Source: Pyrinomonadaceae bacterium | GTDB lineage: Bacteria; Acidobacteriota; Blastocatellia; Pyrinomonadales; Pyrinomonadaceae | Direction: 5' to 3' | Length of the DNA: 64,000 nt | Assembly (NCBI GenBank): GCA_035545035.1 | Contig: DASZZL010000159.1 | Location: forward strand, 13,873-77,872 | Shown: in pieces, positions 16,079 to 25,094 of the stretch | How positions within the stretch are numbered: position 1 is the first letter of the stretch | How the letters are laid out: each line of letters opens with the position of its first letter | The notes under the pieces: model-generated | What the model was told of the DNA's origin: nothing | The model's input: the letters and a program-made list of their open reading frames with translations, nothing else | Databases searched by the model: none | Program-made: the position numbers and the translations under genes

Positions 16079-16187
16079 GTATATTCATCGACAAGCAGGA
16101 ATCCGTCCCTCCTCGACGAACCGATGGCGAATGCGGCTATAAATGTTGTTGATTAACAGGACCGCATCAGGTGACGAATTGGATGAC

Positions 16188-16288
16188 TTATGTCGCCCGC
16201 ATTCGCGGGCTCTCTTCCATTCTTTGGTATCCGTAACCCACAGCTTGCGCTGTGGGCTAATGACATACCGTCGGCTTCGCCGACTGGT
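16188..16288 (+). repeat. REP family A unit (three-hairpin module)
   Basis: TTATGTCGCCCGCATTCGCGGGCTC..CCCACAGCTTGCGCTGTGGGC..CCGTCGGCTTCGCCGACTGG. Accounts for track ORF 16085..16420. Confidence 0.8.
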
Positions 16289-16422
16289 CGAGTAGTCTAT
16301 CTCGTGTAGCAAGTCTCGAGGCGGTTGCGTCGATCCCAAAAGCCAGCTAGAGTCCCACGCGCAATGGGCACGCGAAGGTATCTGCTTCGGCAGTCCGAGA
16401 TGAGGCTGGACAAATAGCAAGA

Positions 16423-16523
16423 AACCAGTCTGCGAAGCAGGCGGCGATATCAGTAGCCCACAGCGCTAGCTGTGGGTAAGCAATCCCACAATTTCAATCT
16501 GAGCCCCGGAGGGGCGACATAAA
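16423..16523 (-). repeat. REP family A unit in inverted orientation, abutting the RAYT start codon
   Basis: CCAGTCTGCGAAGCAGGCGGC..AGCCCACAGCGCTAGCTGTGGGT..GAGCCCCGGAGGGGCGACATAAA, followed directly by ATG 16524. Confidence 0.8.
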
Positions 16524-16976
16524 ATGAGCAGAACCTTCACCAACCTTCTGACACATGTCGTCTTCAGCACGAAAGATCGCGAGCCCTTGATCGTCTCCGA
16601 TCTTAAACCGGAGTTGTATGCGTATCTCGGCGGCTTGACGCGCGAACTCAAAGGGAAGGCTTATGGCATCAACGGAACGGATGATCGCGTTCACCTGCTG
16701 ATCAGCCTCCCCCCGGTCGTCTCGATGTCGGACGCACTTCGGTTCCTAAAATCGAACTCCTCGGGTTGGGTGCATGATAAGTGGCCGCATAGAAAATCGT
16801 TTGCCTGGCAACTGGGATACGGAGCGTTCAGTGTGAGCAAGTCTAATGTTCCAGGCGTGCTAAAGTACATCGGCAATCAGGAAGCGCATCACCGTCGAGT
16901 TACATTCAAGGAAGAGTTCGTCGACTTTCTGATCAAGCATGAAATCGAATACGACGAGCGCTACATTTGGTCTTGA
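16524..16976 (+). CDS. IS200/IS605-family Y1 transposase-like protein of the REP-associated (RAYT) type
   Basis: FTNLLTHVVFSTKDREPLI, GTDDRVHLLISL (HUH position), FAWQLGYGAFSVS, YIGNQEAHHRR, EYDERYIW. Flanked by inverted family A REPs. Confidence 0.85.
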   Translation: MSRTFTNLLTHVVFSTKDREPLIVSDLKPELYAYLGGLTRELKGKAYGINGTDDRVHLLISLPPVVSMSDALRFLKSNSSGWVHDKWPHRKSFAWQLGYGAFSVSKSNVPGVLKYIGNQEAHHRRVTFKEEFVDFLIKHEIEYDERYIWS

Positions 16977-17024
16977 TTCATTTCGCTTGGCAGAACCCAG
17001 CCCCGTTCCCATGGGAGACTTAAG

Positions 17025-17312
17025 ATGCAATTCAGCTTTCGCGTCGGAATCCAAGAGCAACATCAGGTCGACTTCTCTTTCGATCAGTTCGTCGGCAATC
17101 TGGAAATCCGCGTCGACGGTGCGCCGCTGGTGAAGGACTTTCGCATGCTTTCGCTCAAGCTTACCAAGCGATACGAGTTTACAGTCGGCACGCGGGAGCT
17201 TCATCAGATAGCCATTGAGAAAAAGAGAAAGCTATTTCTTGCGGGCTTCAGACCTCAACAATATCGAATCTTCATCGACGGCCAGCTTGTTCAGACCTAC
17301 GAAGGGTCTTGA
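17025..17312 (+). CDS. Hypothetical 95-aa protein inside the REP-bracketed RAYT unit
   Basis: ATG 17025 lies 48 nt after the RAYT stop. Predicted beta-rich (MQFSFRVGIQEQHQVDFSF..). The stop abuts REP 17312-17412. Confidence 0.45.
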   Translation: MQFSFRVGIQEQHQVDFSFDQFVGNLEIRVDGAPLVKDFRMLSLKLTKRYEFTVGTRELHQIAIEKKRKLFLAGFRPQQYRIFIDGQLVQTYEGS

Positions 17313-17412
17313 TTCATGTCGCCCGCGTTCGCGGGCTTGTCCGTCCCTACTAACCTCGAAACCCACAGCTTGGGCTGTGGGCTATTAATATGCCGTCAGC
17401 TTCGCTGACTGG
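17312..17412 (+). repeat. REP family A unit
   Basis: TTCATGTCGCCCGCGTTCGCGGGCTT..CCCACAGCTTGGGCTGTGGGC..GCCGTCAGCTTCGCTGACTGG. Confidence 0.8.
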
Positions 17413-17529
17413 CTCTCCATTCCCTCGAAGTCGATTCCGGCAACAAAAATGTGCGCAAGTCCGCCCGGGCTGCGGCGTTCCTCTCTCGGTTGTTCGATTA
17501 TCGCAAACCCGAGGAGACGCCAGTTAGCC

Positions 17530-19503
17530 ATGAAAAACTTCATTCGATCCACGCGCACTACGCCACTCATCTTTTCCGCTTTCGCCGCCGTGTTAGTGAT
17601 CACCGCGCTCGCGGCGTGTGCGGGAAGACCCGTCAGCAGCGCACCTGCACCGCCAATTCCCTGGAACAAGAACGCCAAAAAGACCATGCGCGCGTTCGGT
17701 TCAGAGGAAGAACTCAAGAGCTACTTCCGGAAATTGGTTGAAGAGCGCAAAAAAGAATTAGCCCGCGCGCGGCGCGAAGCCTCCGCTAATCCGCCGGCGC
17801 CGATGGGTGCTGAGCAAGTAGCATCGAATGCGCCTGCCAAAGCGGCCAGCGGGCTCGCTTCAAAGGATGAATCGATCACCAACACGCAACACGTCGGCGT
17901 CGACGAAGGCGATATCGTCAAGTTGCACGGCGACCATCTCGTCGTGCTGCGACGCGGCCGTTTGTTCACGGTGGCGATTGGCAGCGGCGCGCTGAAACCG
18001 ATCTCGATGGCGGATGCTTTCGGCCCGGAGATCGATCCGCGCTACACCTGGTACGACGAAATGCTCGTGTCCGAAGACACGGTCGCGGTGATCGGATACA
18101 GCTACGAACGCGGTGGCACAGAAGTTGGATTGTTCAGAATCGATCGCGCCGGCAATCTCACTTATCGATCGACCTATCATCTGCGCTCGAACGATTATTA
18201 TTCGTCGCGCAACTATGCGAGCCGCTTGATCGGCAGCAAACTAATCTTTTACACGCCGCTTTATCTTTCGCCGGAGAGCGAGAATCCGTTCGCGCAATTC
18301 CCTGCCGTGCGCAAGTGGCACAAGGGCGCGACCGCGAGCGAATTTCAGCAGATTGTTTCGGCGACTCATGTCTATCGACCAGAGCGGCCGCTGAGTACGA
18401 CGGGCGGGCTGGCGCTGCACACGGTCACGGTGTGCGATCTCGCGCAGGAAGATTTGAAATGCGAAGGCACGGCGGTTTTGGGCGCGCCGGGTCGCGTGTT
18501 CTACGTTTCGCCCGATTCGGTTTACGTTTGGACGACTGACTGGTCGCGCTATGGCGAGAAAAATGCCGAGCGTTCATTGCTCTATCGCATGCCTCTCGAT
18601 GGATCGAGTCCCAGCGCGATCGGAGTTTCAGGCAGTCCAGTCGATCAGTTCTCGTTCCTCGAGAGCGAAGACAAACACCTCAACGTGCTGGTGCGTTCTG
18701 ATTCAACCGGCGACGGCATGTGGAGCGCGGAAGGCGCCGCCGGCGATGTCGCGCTGATGCGGATACCGCTCGCGAATTTCAATGACGGCAGCAACAGTGT
18801 CTCGTCGTGGGATTATCACGGTCTGCCGAAACCGTCCGGTTACACTTTCCAGAATCGCTTCGTCGGTGATTATCTGCTTTACGGCACGGGCAGCGGCTGG
18901 GGCGCGCCTGAGAAGAAGAGCCAGGCGAACTTGTTCGCGGTGCGTTGGGCCGATGGTGATCTGAGCAAACTCACGCTCGCGCACGGCGTCGATCGGATTG
19001 AAGCTCTGGGCTCGGATGCTGTCGTCGTGGGCACCGACGGAAAAGACCTGCACTTCACGTCTATACGCCTCGGCGAATCACCGGAAGTAGCCGACGATTA
19101 CATACGCAAAGGCGCTTCGCAGGGTGAGCTGCGGAGTCACGGTTTCTTCTACAAGCCCGACGGACCAAACTCTGGCTTGCTTGGCTTGCCGATCAGCGTG
19201 CCCGGACGTGCCGGTTATCGTCACCTGTTTGAAGAGTCCGCGGCAATCCTGTTTCTGCGCAACGAGTCTCTGCACTTCGAAGAGGTCGGTGAACTCGGCG
19301 CACACTCTGAGAAAGCGACCGATGATGCGTGTCGCGCATCGTGTGTCGATTGGTACGGGAACTCGCGGCCGCTCTTCATTCGCGGGCGCATGTTCGCGCT
19401 GCTCGGCTACGAGATTGTTGAAGGAAACGTGGCGGATGGCCGGATGCGCGAGACGCGCCGGATCAGTTACGCGCCGCAGCAAGTCAGGATTACGCGTCGC
19501 TAA
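17530..19503 (+). CDS. Beta-propeller domain (PF09826-like) lipoprotein
   Basis: ATG 17530 gives MKNFIRSTRTTPLIFSAFAAVLVITALAAC (lipobox LAAC). TNTQHVGVDEGDIVKLHGDHLVVL matches the family motif as I remember it. Confidence 0.75.
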   Translation: MKNFIRSTRTTPLIFSAFAAVLVITALAACAGRPVSSAPAPPIPWNKNAKKTMRAFGSEEELKSYFRKLVEERKKELARARREASANPPAPMGAEQVASNAPAKAASGLASKDESITNTQHVGVDEGDIVKLHGDHLVVLRRGRLFTVAIGSGALKPISMADAFGPEIDPRYTWYDEMLVSEDTVAVIGYSYERGGTEVGLFRIDRAGNLTYRSTYHLRSNDYYSSRNYASRLIGSKLIFYTPLYLSPESENPFAQFPAVRKWHKGATASEFQQIVSATHVYRPERPLSTTGGLALHTVTVCDLAQEDLKCEGTAVLGAPGRVFYVSPDSVYVWTTDWSRYGEKNAERSLLYRMPLDGSSPSAIGVSGSPVDQFSFLESEDKHLNVLVRSDSTGDGMWSAEGAAGDVALMRIPLANFNDGSNSVSSWDYHGLPKPSGYTFQNRFVGDYLLYGTGSGWGAPEKKSQANLFAVRWADGDLSKLTLAHGVDRIEALGSDAVVVGTDGKDLHFTSIRLGESPEVADDYIRKGASQGELRSHGFFYKPDGPNSGLLGLPISVPGRAGYRHLFEESAAILFLRNESLHFEEVGELGAHSEKATDDACRASCVDWYGNSRPLFIRGRMFALLGYEIVEGNVADGRMRETRRISYAPQQVRITRR

Positions 19504-19589
19504 GCACGCTCGCCTACCTCATCATCTTCCGGAAACGCGCTGGCCCGATCTAATCCTGGGTCAGCGCTTTTTTCCGAAACGTCAATTCT

Positions 19590-20057
19590 TCAACTCAACA
19601 ATAGCTCCATGAAGAGCGCGCCTGCTACCGGATTGTGATAATAAGGCGCAATTTCGCGGAAGCCGAGCGACCTGTAAAGCGCGATCGCTTCGTCCATTTT
19701 TCCCGGCAACGTATCCAGCAATATGCGCTGGTAACCAATCTGGCGCGCCGCGTCGAGAAGCGCTGAGACTAACTTCTTCCCCAGGCCCTGTCCGCGAAAC
19801 TCCGGCCGAACGTAAAGCCTTTTCATCTCGCAATCGCCTTCGCCGAGCGAACGCAGCGCGATGCAGCCGGCGATTTGCTCTCCTTCGATTGCCAGCAGCA
19901 AGCGTCCCGCCGGCGACGCGTAGTTGCCCGGCAAGCCGGCGACTTCCTGATCGAAGTTCTGAAAGCAAAGATCGACATTCAGCCCCGCGGCGTACTCCTC
20001 AAAAAGCCCGCGCGCGATCTCGATTTCTTCCGGCGATTGAGCCTGAACGAATTTCAT
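19590..20057 (-). CDS. GNAT-family N-acetyltransferase
   Basis: CoA-binding motif RGQGLGKKLV. Size and beta-alpha pattern are typical. Confidence 0.85.
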   Translation of the reverse strand: MKFVQAQSPEEIEIARGLFEEYAAGLNVDLCFQNFDQEVAGLPGNYASPAGRLLLAIEGEQIAGCIALRSLGEGDCEMKRLYVRPEFRGQGLGKKLVSALLDAARQIGYQRILLDTLPGKMDEAIALYRSLGFREIAPYYHNPVAGALFMELLLS

Positions 20058-20144
20058 TGCGACAAAACGTCGGGGCTGGTCATTAAGCTTGCGCCGGCCC
20101 TTACAGACAAGTAGCTAAATTTTGAGTAAAAATTCAAATCTCCG

Positions 20145-20340
20145 AAACCGCGGAGCGGTTTTGGCCTCCAGCCCAACGTTGCCGCAGGCTACGTTGGGTA
20201 ACCAATCGTTCATTGATTCGACCGCAACCCCGGCAGGGTTGCGGTCGGGGTTGCGGCTCCATAAAATTGGCCGCCCTCCCCCAGGGTAGCCGAAGCGGCA
20301 ACCCTGGGCTCTAGTCCATCAACCGCTTCGCGGTTGCGCT
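20145..20340. repeat. Cluster of five REP-like hairpins (family I)
   Basis: AACCGC-GGA-GCGGTT, CCCAACGT..ACGTTGGG, CCGCAACC..GGTTGCGG, CCCAGGGT..ACCCTGGG, AACCGC-TTC-GCGGTT. Confidence 0.75.
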
Positions 20341-20479
20341 CTTCCGTTTATGCAGTATGTGGCGCAAACTCAACGTTTTCCCGATCACCCAACAGGCCAC
20401 TACCTCTAACAGCGGCAATCTGAACTGTTATATACTTCGGGCCACCGGAATTCCAAAACTGCAAACTACGAGGAGAACG

Positions 20480-20956
20480 ATGAATATGAATTTACGCAGC
20501 AGGATTATCTTCGCGTCGCTGGTAATCGCCTTGGCGACGGTTTCAGCCGCTCAGGCGCAAGAGAGAAAGATTAAGCGGGCGCAGTTGCCGCCGGCCGTCG
20601 AGAAAACCGTCGCGGAGCAAAGTCAGGGTGCGACGATTAAAGGGTTTTCCACGGAAATCGAAAAGGGCAAGCGCGTTTACGAAGTCGCGATGACAATCAA
20701 CGGACACGGCAAAGACATTTTGATCGACTCGAAGGGCAACGTCATCGAGGTCGAAGAAGAGGTCGCGATGGATTCCCTGTCGCAGGCGGTGAAAGACGGA
20801 TTGACGAAGGCCGCGGGGACGGGAACGATTGGCAAGATTGAGTCGCTCACCAAGAATGGGAACCTCGTCGCCTACGAAGCCGTCGTCAAGCGCGGAGCGA
20901 AACACTCCGAAATTCAGGTTGGACCGAACGGTGAGAAGCTGGCACATCCGGAATAA
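20480..20956 (+). CDS. PepSY-like periplasmic protein (two PepSY-like modules)
   Basis: AGGAG sits 5 nt before ATG 20480. Signal MNMNLRSRIIFASLVIALATVSAAQA. LPPAVEKTV..YEVAMTINGHGKDILIDSKGNVIEVEEE pattern. Confidence 0.7.
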   Translation: MNMNLRSRIIFASLVIALATVSAAQAQERKIKRAQLPPAVEKTVAEQSQGATIKGFSTEIEKGKRVYEVAMTINGHGKDILIDSKGNVIEVEEEVAMDSLSQAVKDGLTKAAGTGTIGKIESLTKNGNLVAYEAVVKRGAKHSEIQVGPNGEKLAHPE

Positions 20957-21134
20957 CACTTCGGTCAGTCAGTCGACCATTTTCGTTGACTACTCGCACG
21001 GCAAGCGATTAGTATTCGCACGCTCTGATAGCCTTATTCGCCCTGCATCGAAGCATCGCGAGATTGCCTCCGCGATTTCGCCGATGCTGGTCGAAGCGGG
21101 CTTCAACCCGGGACATTCAAAAGAGGGGTTAACA

Positions 21135-22151
21135 ATGAAACGCAAGCCCCCCGTTCGCTTTGCCATCCCATTTATTTTCTTGCTGACTGTTTCGGCGCTG
21201 ACTTTTTCCGCGCACGCGAGAGCGACTCAGGCTGGACCCACGCTGCTCAAGCGCACGGTCACCGTCAGCGCGAAGCGCTTCCTGCGTTACTGGCCCAACC
21301 CGAGCGCGGCTGAGCCGCGATACAACACGTGGTCGTGGACTCCGCAAGTCAGCTTCCAGATTCTTGGCCCGGTGCCGGGCGGCAGTCAGTGGATGTTCGA
21401 AGCGAGCACGCCGGACGGCAAGCCGTGGGTCAGTTTCAAACTGCCGACGGCGGAAGTTGGCGACGATGAGTTGGTCACCGTCAAAGGGCCGGACCTGGAC
21501 GAAAATGAACTTGAGAAAAAAGCGATCACGCAGACCGGCCTGTTCCCTTTCAAGATCACTCTGAAGAACGCGCTCGCCGGCACGAATACCGCTCTGTTCG
21601 AAGGCAAGTTCAAGGTCGCAACCTACGCGCCCGATCAGGCCATTCCTGAATACAAAGGAAAGCGGGAGTTCTATGTCGTGCAGGACTGGCGACTGCCAAT
21701 CGGTTTTATTTGGTACGACCCCAGGATGGACGAGAACGTTCCGGTGATTAGCGTACAGATGTGGTTCCGCGGCACACGTAGCGGCGAGAAGATGGAAGGC
21801 GTCCTGTTCTACAAAGGGCAGCAGATTGGCACAGCTCTGGGATATAACGAAGACCAGATTTCGACCGGCGTAGGCGACCCCCAGGGACGTTGGGGCGTCT
21901 GGAAATTTCAGTTTGCGAAAGTGCGCGGATACAACAACGACACCGCGAGCGCGAACAGCTACGCGAGTCTGTTCTTTCTCGACAAGAACCCGGGCGACTA
22001 CGAGGTCAAAGTTTTGCGCGATGGCGATCTGGCGCGCTCGGCGAAGTTCACGGTCGGCGCTGACGGCCGTCTGGTGGACAACGGCATCGCGCAGAAAAAC
22101 ACCCTCGGGGGTTGCGATGGTCCTGCCGGTGAACGTTATCGGCGCGGGTGA
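21135..22151 (+). CDS. Secreted hypothetical protein; the 3' end probably continues to 22221 through a 1-nt frameshift at a G5 run
   Basis: AGAGGGG RBS, ATG 21135, signal MKRKPPVRFAIPFIFLLTVSALTFSAHARA. See finding at 22100-22221. Confidence 0.6.
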   Translation: MKRKPPVRFAIPFIFLLTVSALTFSAHARATQAGPTLLKRTVTVSAKRFLRYWPNPSAAEPRYNTWSWTPQVSFQILGPVPGGSQWMFEASTPDGKPWVSFKLPTAEVGDDELVTVKGPDLDENELEKKAITQTGLFPFKITLKNALAGTNTALFEGKFKVATYAPDQAIPEYKGKREFYVVQDWRLPIGFIWYDPRMDENVPVISVQMWFRGTRSGEKMEGVLFYKGQQIGTALGYNEDQISTGVGDPQGRWGVWKFQFAKVRGYNNDTASANSYASLFFLDKNPGDYEVKVLRDGDLARSAKFTVGADGRLVDNGIAQKNTLGGCDGPAGERYRRG

Positions 22152-22284
22152 TGGCCAGTGGGCCGCGAATGCGTGGAAGACTGATGCGTTTTACGGCAAT
22201 CCTTTGAGCGGTTTCGCCTAGCTGAAACTCATTTCGTCAGCGCATAGACGTTCGCAATGTCCGTGAAGTAGACCTGTATACGGC

Positions 22285-23373
22285 TTAATAGTGGTGAGCG
22301 GACAAGCGTTGTAATTGTCCGGTTCGGAGAGCGACGCTTGAAACCGGGTTTTCGTCGAGCAAATGTCCGGAGATAAACGCCGCATACTCTCGCCAGGCAA
22401 CTTCGTCTCGGCAACGACAGCGAGCAATCAAGCCGGAGAGCGCACGAAGGTGCGACGTTCTCTGCTCAAACTGCCGGAGAGAAAAAAGATTTCCCCCCTC
22501 ATCGTCTCTGATCGCCGCGGCGTACAAAGCTTCAGATATCCCGCAAGCCAACCCCTGTGAGGACAAAGTATCCCGGGCCAGCGCGGCGTCTCCAATTCTC
22601 GTGCCTGCATCGCCAATGGTCCACTGAACAGAGGCAGGCGAGATTCCTCCCTGAGTCATCTCGGCAACGCGAGGAAGCCCTTCGAGAATCCACGCCGCCC
22701 CATATTCATGTAAAAGGTGATCAAGCTCGTGAGGATTCCCTGCGACTGTCTTTCCCCGACCAACAATACCCAGGACAATGTAGTCGGCCGCCCCAAGCCG
22801 GAAGACAAAGCCTCCGGGCAGCGCGCAAATTCTGAACTCCTGGCTGCCAGAACAAGATCGCCTCGAAGTGAAGAGAGTCCGGGCCGCCCAGGGTCTGGCC
22901 GGCTGGATCTTCTTCTTCGCCGACAGAGATCTGCGGCCGGTGGCATCAATTAACCGTACCTTGTGATTTCTCGCGGCCGCAAGTGCCTTACTGAACGTTT
23001 CGGATTGCTGGCCCAGAATAATATTCACGCGCTTCGAAGCCACCAGTGCTGAAAGCAGGGCGAGATCGAGCGCCGGCCGCTCGACATGAGCGGAGACCGG
23101 GCCAACGCTTTCGGTGAAGCCTTCTTTTTCCCACGAGATCAAACGCGTCTCGTGCAACCGGTCGACACCGATCTGTTTGGGATGAATTCCGTATTCGACC
23201 AGCAGAGCCAGCAATGATGCAGGCACAGCTTCGACCCGAGGAGCTAGCTCAGCGGATGGCAGGCAACTTGTAATCAGCGCGGTCCGGTAATGCTTCGACA
23301 GTTCGAGCGCGGCCACCATCCCCACCGGCCCCGAACCGAGCACGACGACCTGGAAATCTCGGATACCTGTCAT
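22285..23373 (-). CDS. FAD-dependent oxidoreductase of the halogenase/LodB-like flavoprotein class
   Basis: Rossmann motif VVVLGSGPVGMVAALEL and GDAALARDTLSSQGLACGI (GD..D..SSQG motif). The ATG overlaps the upstream stop (ATGA at 23370-23373). Confidence 0.75.
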   Translation of the reverse strand: MTGIRDFQVVVLGSGPVGMVAALELSKHYRTALITSCLPSAELAPRVEAVPASLLALLVEYGIHPKQIGVDRLHETRLISWEKEGFTESVGPVSAHVERPALDLALLSALVASKRVNIILGQQSETFSKALAAARNHKVRLIDATGRRSLSAKKKIQPARPWAARTLFTSRRSCSGSQEFRICALPGGFVFRLGAADYIVLGIVGRGKTVAGNPHELDHLLHEYGAAWILEGLPRVAEMTQGGISPASVQWTIGDAGTRIGDAALARDTLSSQGLACGISEALYAAAIRDDEGGNLFSLRQFEQRTSHLRALSGLIARCRCRDEVAWREYAAFISGHLLDENPVSSVALRTGQLQRLSAHHY

Positions 23374-25094
23374 GGATGGTCGATTGGTGCGAAGCGCGGG
23401 TCAGCGATCCGATCAAAAGCAACCAGAAAACCCGCGTCAGCAACGGCCCCGGCAGCGCCTGCAATCCCCGCATTCCCGAGCATCGCATTTCGTGCCGTGT
23501 TGATGTCTCCCGCGCCTGCGGGAATTCCCAGGGTATAGCCGCTAAACAGCCGTTCAAGTAGATCCCGGTATCTCTGTTGCAGCGTAGCGTGCCGAGCATT
23601 GCCCGATGGTGGTGTCGTTAGATTGGAACCCCGGAGATAGTCGTTCGGGCTGTGCCGGTTAAGCCATTCCTGTATGAAGCTGAAGGTTTCGAAATGGTTC
23701 TCTCCCTCAGCCATGATCGACCGGATTGTTTGTCTCATCTCCGCCGACCCGTCGCGTTCCAGGGTTGCCAGAATGCGTGAGTAAAGTCCGTCAACCAAAA
23801 CGGAAGGACGCTCGAGGTCTATAAAATCCTGAATTGCTTGTGGTGTTGCGGCGCGCGGTTCGACGTTGCGGAAGCCGCCGGGCCCTGCCGCGGGAACTCG
23901 CACCGCCACGCGCAGTGCCGGAGTGAACTTCCCAACGGTCAAAGCATGCAGGACGTCGTTCACGGCGCGCAGGTGGCGCATCTCACTCGCGGCAATCCTT
24001 ATCAACTCGGCGCGGGCAGCCACTACATCATCATTGGCGGCGGGCGGAATCCGGGTTGCTTTCAAAGAATATGCCGCGGCCAGATACTCGTGAATGACTG
24101 CCAGTTCGACTCCCGCTGCATATCGCAGGTTCGTCAGCAGCTCTTCCTTGGTTGCAAACTTATCGGCGGCGAAAACTCCCGGCTGGTAAGGGCCAACGAT
24201 CTCTCGTCCTTCAACAACGAAATTCAGCGCCTGCCACTCCGTATTGATCTGATAATAGACAAGCTCAGCAAGCTCCGGATTACCTGCGCCATTGGGATCA
24301 TTAGAAGTTGCCGGAGGTGGCAAAGTGCTCAGGTTACGGTTGGCGCGTTCCCACACGACATCGGTATTAACCTCAGGAACGTTAGGCGCCGGTGTTGGCA
24401 AGGGCGGCAGCGCAATATCGGGGTGGTTTGACGCCCAATAAAAACATCCGCAGTCACGGAAGTCGTGCGTCCAGGGACTGCACAACGACTGGGTCAACTC
24501 GCCGGGCAGAAACATCTTAGCCAGACCGCCGTTATCATCCAGATAGCGCGCCCGGTTCCCGACCAGGGTCCGGGACATATTTCCCCGCTTAAGCGTGAGT
24601 TGAACTTCGGTGCCCTCGGTCAGCAATCGAATCGCAGTCCAGGCGTCGGGGGGCAAACGATTCGGGCCGGTGCTTGGCAACGCGAGATTAGCGACGACCA
24701 GAGTCTGCACGCCGAGCGGCCCAAACGTGCCGCGAATCTGTGTGACGCGCCAACTTCGGCTCGCCGCCAGGTCGCCGGCAATCTGTTGATAGACGGTCGC
24801 AGTGCCCGCCGGCATCTGTCCACCGCTGACCGCGCTCTGGAGGCCGGGTGTATCCACGGAAACAACTCTGATCGTGGTGTCGCCTTCAATATCAACTTCA
24901 AGGAAAGGAAAGAATCGCCGCTCGAGGTTTCGCAGATCGCACTCGAGTCCCGGAAAACAGTTTCCGACTCCGGCTTCAAGACGTGTCGAAACTGGATTGC
25001 CGGCAACGAGCCGGGTCCCGTTCTGTGGACCCTGCCCGCGGCGCAACGCCGCGACGTTCCGCGGAATGAGTTTGATTGGTTCCTGCTGACTCAT
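23370..25094 (-). CDS. Fusion protein: N-terminal half with LodA/GoxA-like Cys/Trp motif, C-terminal ferritin-like (PF12902-type) four-helix domain
   Basis: AAAGGAGGA RBS and ATG 25094 (MSQQEPIKLIP..). CSPWTHDFRDCGCFYWASNHPD at 24435-24482 region. Ferritin-like ligand motifs VELAVIHEYLAAAYSL and AASEMRHLRAVNDVLHAL. Confidence 0.65.
   Translation of the reverse strand: MSQQEPIKLIPRNVAALRRGQGPQNGTRLVAGNPVSTRLEAGVGNCFPGLECDLRNLERRFFPFLEVDIEGDTTIRVVSVDTPGLQSAVSGGQMPAGTATVYQQIAGDLAASRSWRVTQIRGTFGPLGVQTLVVANLALPSTGPNRLPPDAWTAIRLLTEGTEVQLTLKRGNMSRTLVGNRARYLDDNGGLAKMFLPGELTQSLCSPWTHDFRDCGCFYWASNHPDIALPPLPTPAPNVPEVNTDVVWERANRNLSTLPPPATSNDPNGAGNPELAELVYYQINTEWQALNFVVEGREIVGPYQPGVFAADKFATKEELLTNLRYAAGVELAVIHEYLAAAYSLKATRIPPAANDDVVAARAELIRIAASEMRHLRAVNDVLHALTVGKFTPALRVAVRVPAAGPGGFRNVEPRAATPQAIQDFIDLERPSVLVDGLYSRILATLERDGSAEMRQTIRSIMAEGENHFETFSFIQEWLNRHSPNDYLRGSNLTTPPSGNARHATLQQRYRDLLERLFSGYTLGIPAGAGDINTARNAMLGNAGIAGAAGAVADAGFLVAFDRIADPRFAPIDHP

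Larger units (their letters stand above)
16423..17412 (+). mobile_element. REP(inverted)-RAYT-orf95-REP(direct) unit
   Basis: Family A units at 16423-16523 (reverse) and 17312-17412 (forward) bracket the RAYT gene and the 95-aa ORF. Confidence 0.6.

Noticed and set aside
20829-21134. N-terminal extension of ORF 20829..22151, overlapping the PepSY gene
   Set aside because: An internal ATG at 21135 has an RBS and a clean signal peptide. The extension overlaps a well-supported gene in another frame.
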